Notes under the pieces: generated by a model | What the model was told of the DNA's origin: nothing | Database searches by the model: none | What the model saw: the letters and a program-made list of their open reading frames with translations, nothing else | Made by a program: the position numbers and the translations under genes | Shown here: positions 60,801 through 64,000 of the stretch, in pieces | How positions within the stretch are numbered: position 1 is the stretch's first letter | Layout: every line of letters starts with the position of its first letter | From: Eledone cirrhosa | Taxonomy: Eukaryota | Direction: 5' to 3' | NCBI GenBank assembly: GCA_964016885.1 | Contig: OZ024740.1 | Coordinates: 418,190,001-418,254,000 of the forward strand | Length of the DNA stretch: 64,000 nucleotides

Positions 60801-63770
60801 CCACACCATCACTACCACCACCACAACAACACCACACCATCACCACCACCACAACAACACCACACCATCACCACAACAACAACAACAACACCACACCATC
60901 ACTACCACCGCCACAACAACAACACACCATCACCACCACCACCACAACAACACCACACCATCACCACCACCACAACAACAACACCACACCATCACTACCA
61001 CCACCACAACAACACCACACCATCACCACAACAACAACAACAACAACAACACCACACCATCACCACAACAACAACACCACACCACCACCACAACAACAAC
61101 AACACCACACCATCACAACGCCACACCATCACTACCACCACAACAACAACACCACACCATCACCACCACAACAACAACAACACCACACCATCATTACCAC
61201 CACAACAACACCACACCATCACAACCACCACAACACCACACCATCACTACCACCACAACAACATCACACCATCACTACAACAACAACACCACACCATCAC
61301 CACCACCACCACAACAACACCACACCATCACTACCACCACAACAACAACATCACCACTCCATCACTACCACCACAACAACAACAACACCACTCCATCACT
61401 ACCACCACAACAACAACACCACCACTCCATCACCACCACCACCACAACAACACCACACCATCACAACACCACCACACCATCACCACCACAACACCATCAC
61501 CACAACAACACCACACCATCACCACCACAACAACAACAACACCACACCATCACCACCACAACAACAACAACACCACACCATCACTGCCACCACAACAACA
61601 CCACACCATCACTACCACCACAACAACAACAACACCACACCATCACAACAACAACACCACACCATCACTACCACCACCACAACAACACCTCACCATCACT
61701 ACCACCACAACAACAACACCACACCATCACCACCACAACACCACCACACCATCACCACCACCACAACACCACACCATCACCACCACAACAACAACACCAC
61801 CACACCATCACCACCACAACAACAACAACACCACACCATCACCACAACACAACACCTTCACCATCACTACAACAACAACACCACACCATCACCACAACAA
61901 CAACACCACACCATCACCACCACAACAACAACACCACACCATCACCACAACAACAACACCACACCATCACTACTACCACAACAACAATATCACACCATCA
62001 CTACCACCACAACAACAACACCACCACACCATTACTACCACCACGACAACAACACCACACCATCACTACCACCACCACAACAACACGACACCGTCAACAC
62101 CACAACAACAACAACACCACACCATCACTACAACAACACCAGCACCACCAAAACAACAAAACCACACCATCACAACAACCACAACAACAACACCACACCA
62201 TCACCACCACAACAACAACACCACACCATCACTACCACCACAACAACAACACCACACCATCACCACAACAACACCACACCATCACTACCACAACAACACC
62301 ACACCATCACCACCACAACTACAACACCAGACCATCACTACAACAACAACACCACACCATCACTACAACAACAACACCACACCATCACCACCACCACAAC
62401 AACACCACACCATCATCTCAGCCACAACAACAACAACAACACCACACCATCACTACCACCACAACACCACCACACCATCACTACCAGCACAACAACAACA
62501 ACACCACACCATCACTACCACAACAACAACAACACCACACCGTCACCACCACAACAACACCACCACACCATCACTACCACCACAACAACAACACCACACC
62601 ATCACAACACCACACCATCACTACCACCACAACAACACCACACCATCACTACCACCACCACAACAACACCACACCATCACCACAACAACAACACCACACC
62701 ATCACTACCACCACAACAACAACACCACACCATCACTACCACAACAACAACAACACCACACCATCACTACCACCACAACAACACCACCACACCATCACTA
62801 CCACCACAACAACAACACCACACCATCACTACCACCACAACAACAACACCACACCATCACTACCACAACAACAACAACAACACCACACCGTCACACCACA
62901 ACAACAACACCACACCGTCACACCACAACAACACCACACCATCACCACAACAACAACACCACACCATCACTACCACCACAACAACACCAGCACCACCAAA
63001 ACAACAACACCACACTATCACTACTACCACAACAACAACACCACACCATAACTACCACCACAACAACAACACCACACCATCACCACAACAACACCACACC
63101 ATCACTACCACAACAACACCACACCATCACCACCACAACTACAACACCACACCATCACCACAACAACAACACCAGACCATCACCACAACAACAACACCAG
63201 ACCATCACTACAACAACAACACCACACCATCACTACCACCACAACAACAACACCACACCATCACCACAACAACAACACCACACCATCACTACCACCACAA
63301 CAACAACACCACACCATCACCACAACAACACCACACCATCACTGCCACCACAACACCACACCATCACTGCCACCACAACAACACCACACCATCATCACCA
63401 CCACAACAACAACACCACACAATCACCACCACCACCACAACAACAACACCACACCATCACTACCACCACAACAACACCACACCATCACAGTCACAACACC
63501 ACACCATCACCACAGCCACAACAACAACAACACCACACCATCACTACCACCACCACCACACCATCATCACAGTCACAACACCAACCATCACCACCACAAC
63601 AACAACACCACACCATCACCACCACAACATCGCCACACCATCACAACACCACACCATCACCACAGCCACAACAACAACACCACACCATCACTACCACCAC
63701 CACCACACCATCACCACAGCAACACCACACCACACCATCATCACAGTCACAACACCACACCATCACCACA
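54803..63770. repeat. ~9-kb degenerate C/A-rich satellite, unit about (CAA)n-CACCACACCAT-CAC(T/C)ACCA
   Basis: Read directly. Almost no G on the + strand. Confidence 0.97.
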
Positions 63771-64000
63771 AGACCTGGAACAATGTTAGTGGTAGTGAAG
63801 ACTCTAGGAGTGATCCCAAAATGTTCCGTTGATTATTTGTCCTAGATTCCAGGAAAGCCATATATAGAAGAAATACAACAGATAATACTAATGGGAACTG
63901 GACATATACTAAGGGAAATACCGTCGATATAAGTTTATTTCACAAGTGTAAACATCTTATATATATATATATATATCATCATCATCATCATCATCATCTT

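Overview
AT-rich eukaryotic genomic DNA made almost entirely of repeats, with no host gene visible. The SINE family and the long (TA)n tracts suggest an octopus-like cephalopod, which is inference only. It holds two minisatellites (41 and 52 bp units), long simple-repeat tracts, about 13 copies of one tRNA-derived SINE, fragments of RTE, CR1-group and CRE LINEs, and MITEs. It also holds Penelope-like element (PLE) coding remnants of Naiad type: an RT ORF at 26295-27671 and a GIY-YIG ORF at 22703-23677. The main signal is in the short islands between (TA)n tracts. At least 9 families with unrelated sequences share one architecture: a type I hammerhead ribozyme with palindromic stem III, then a bulged hairpin RCTC-[stem-loop]-T(T/C/A)-GAGY-RC, then (TA)n, often with a 5' fold-back inversion. 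The same architecture ends the GIY-YIG element. That ORF's apparent TGA stop sits at a conserved Cys position and is followed by a SECIS-like hairpin, making it a candidate selenoprotein. All structures were folded by eye and none was computed.
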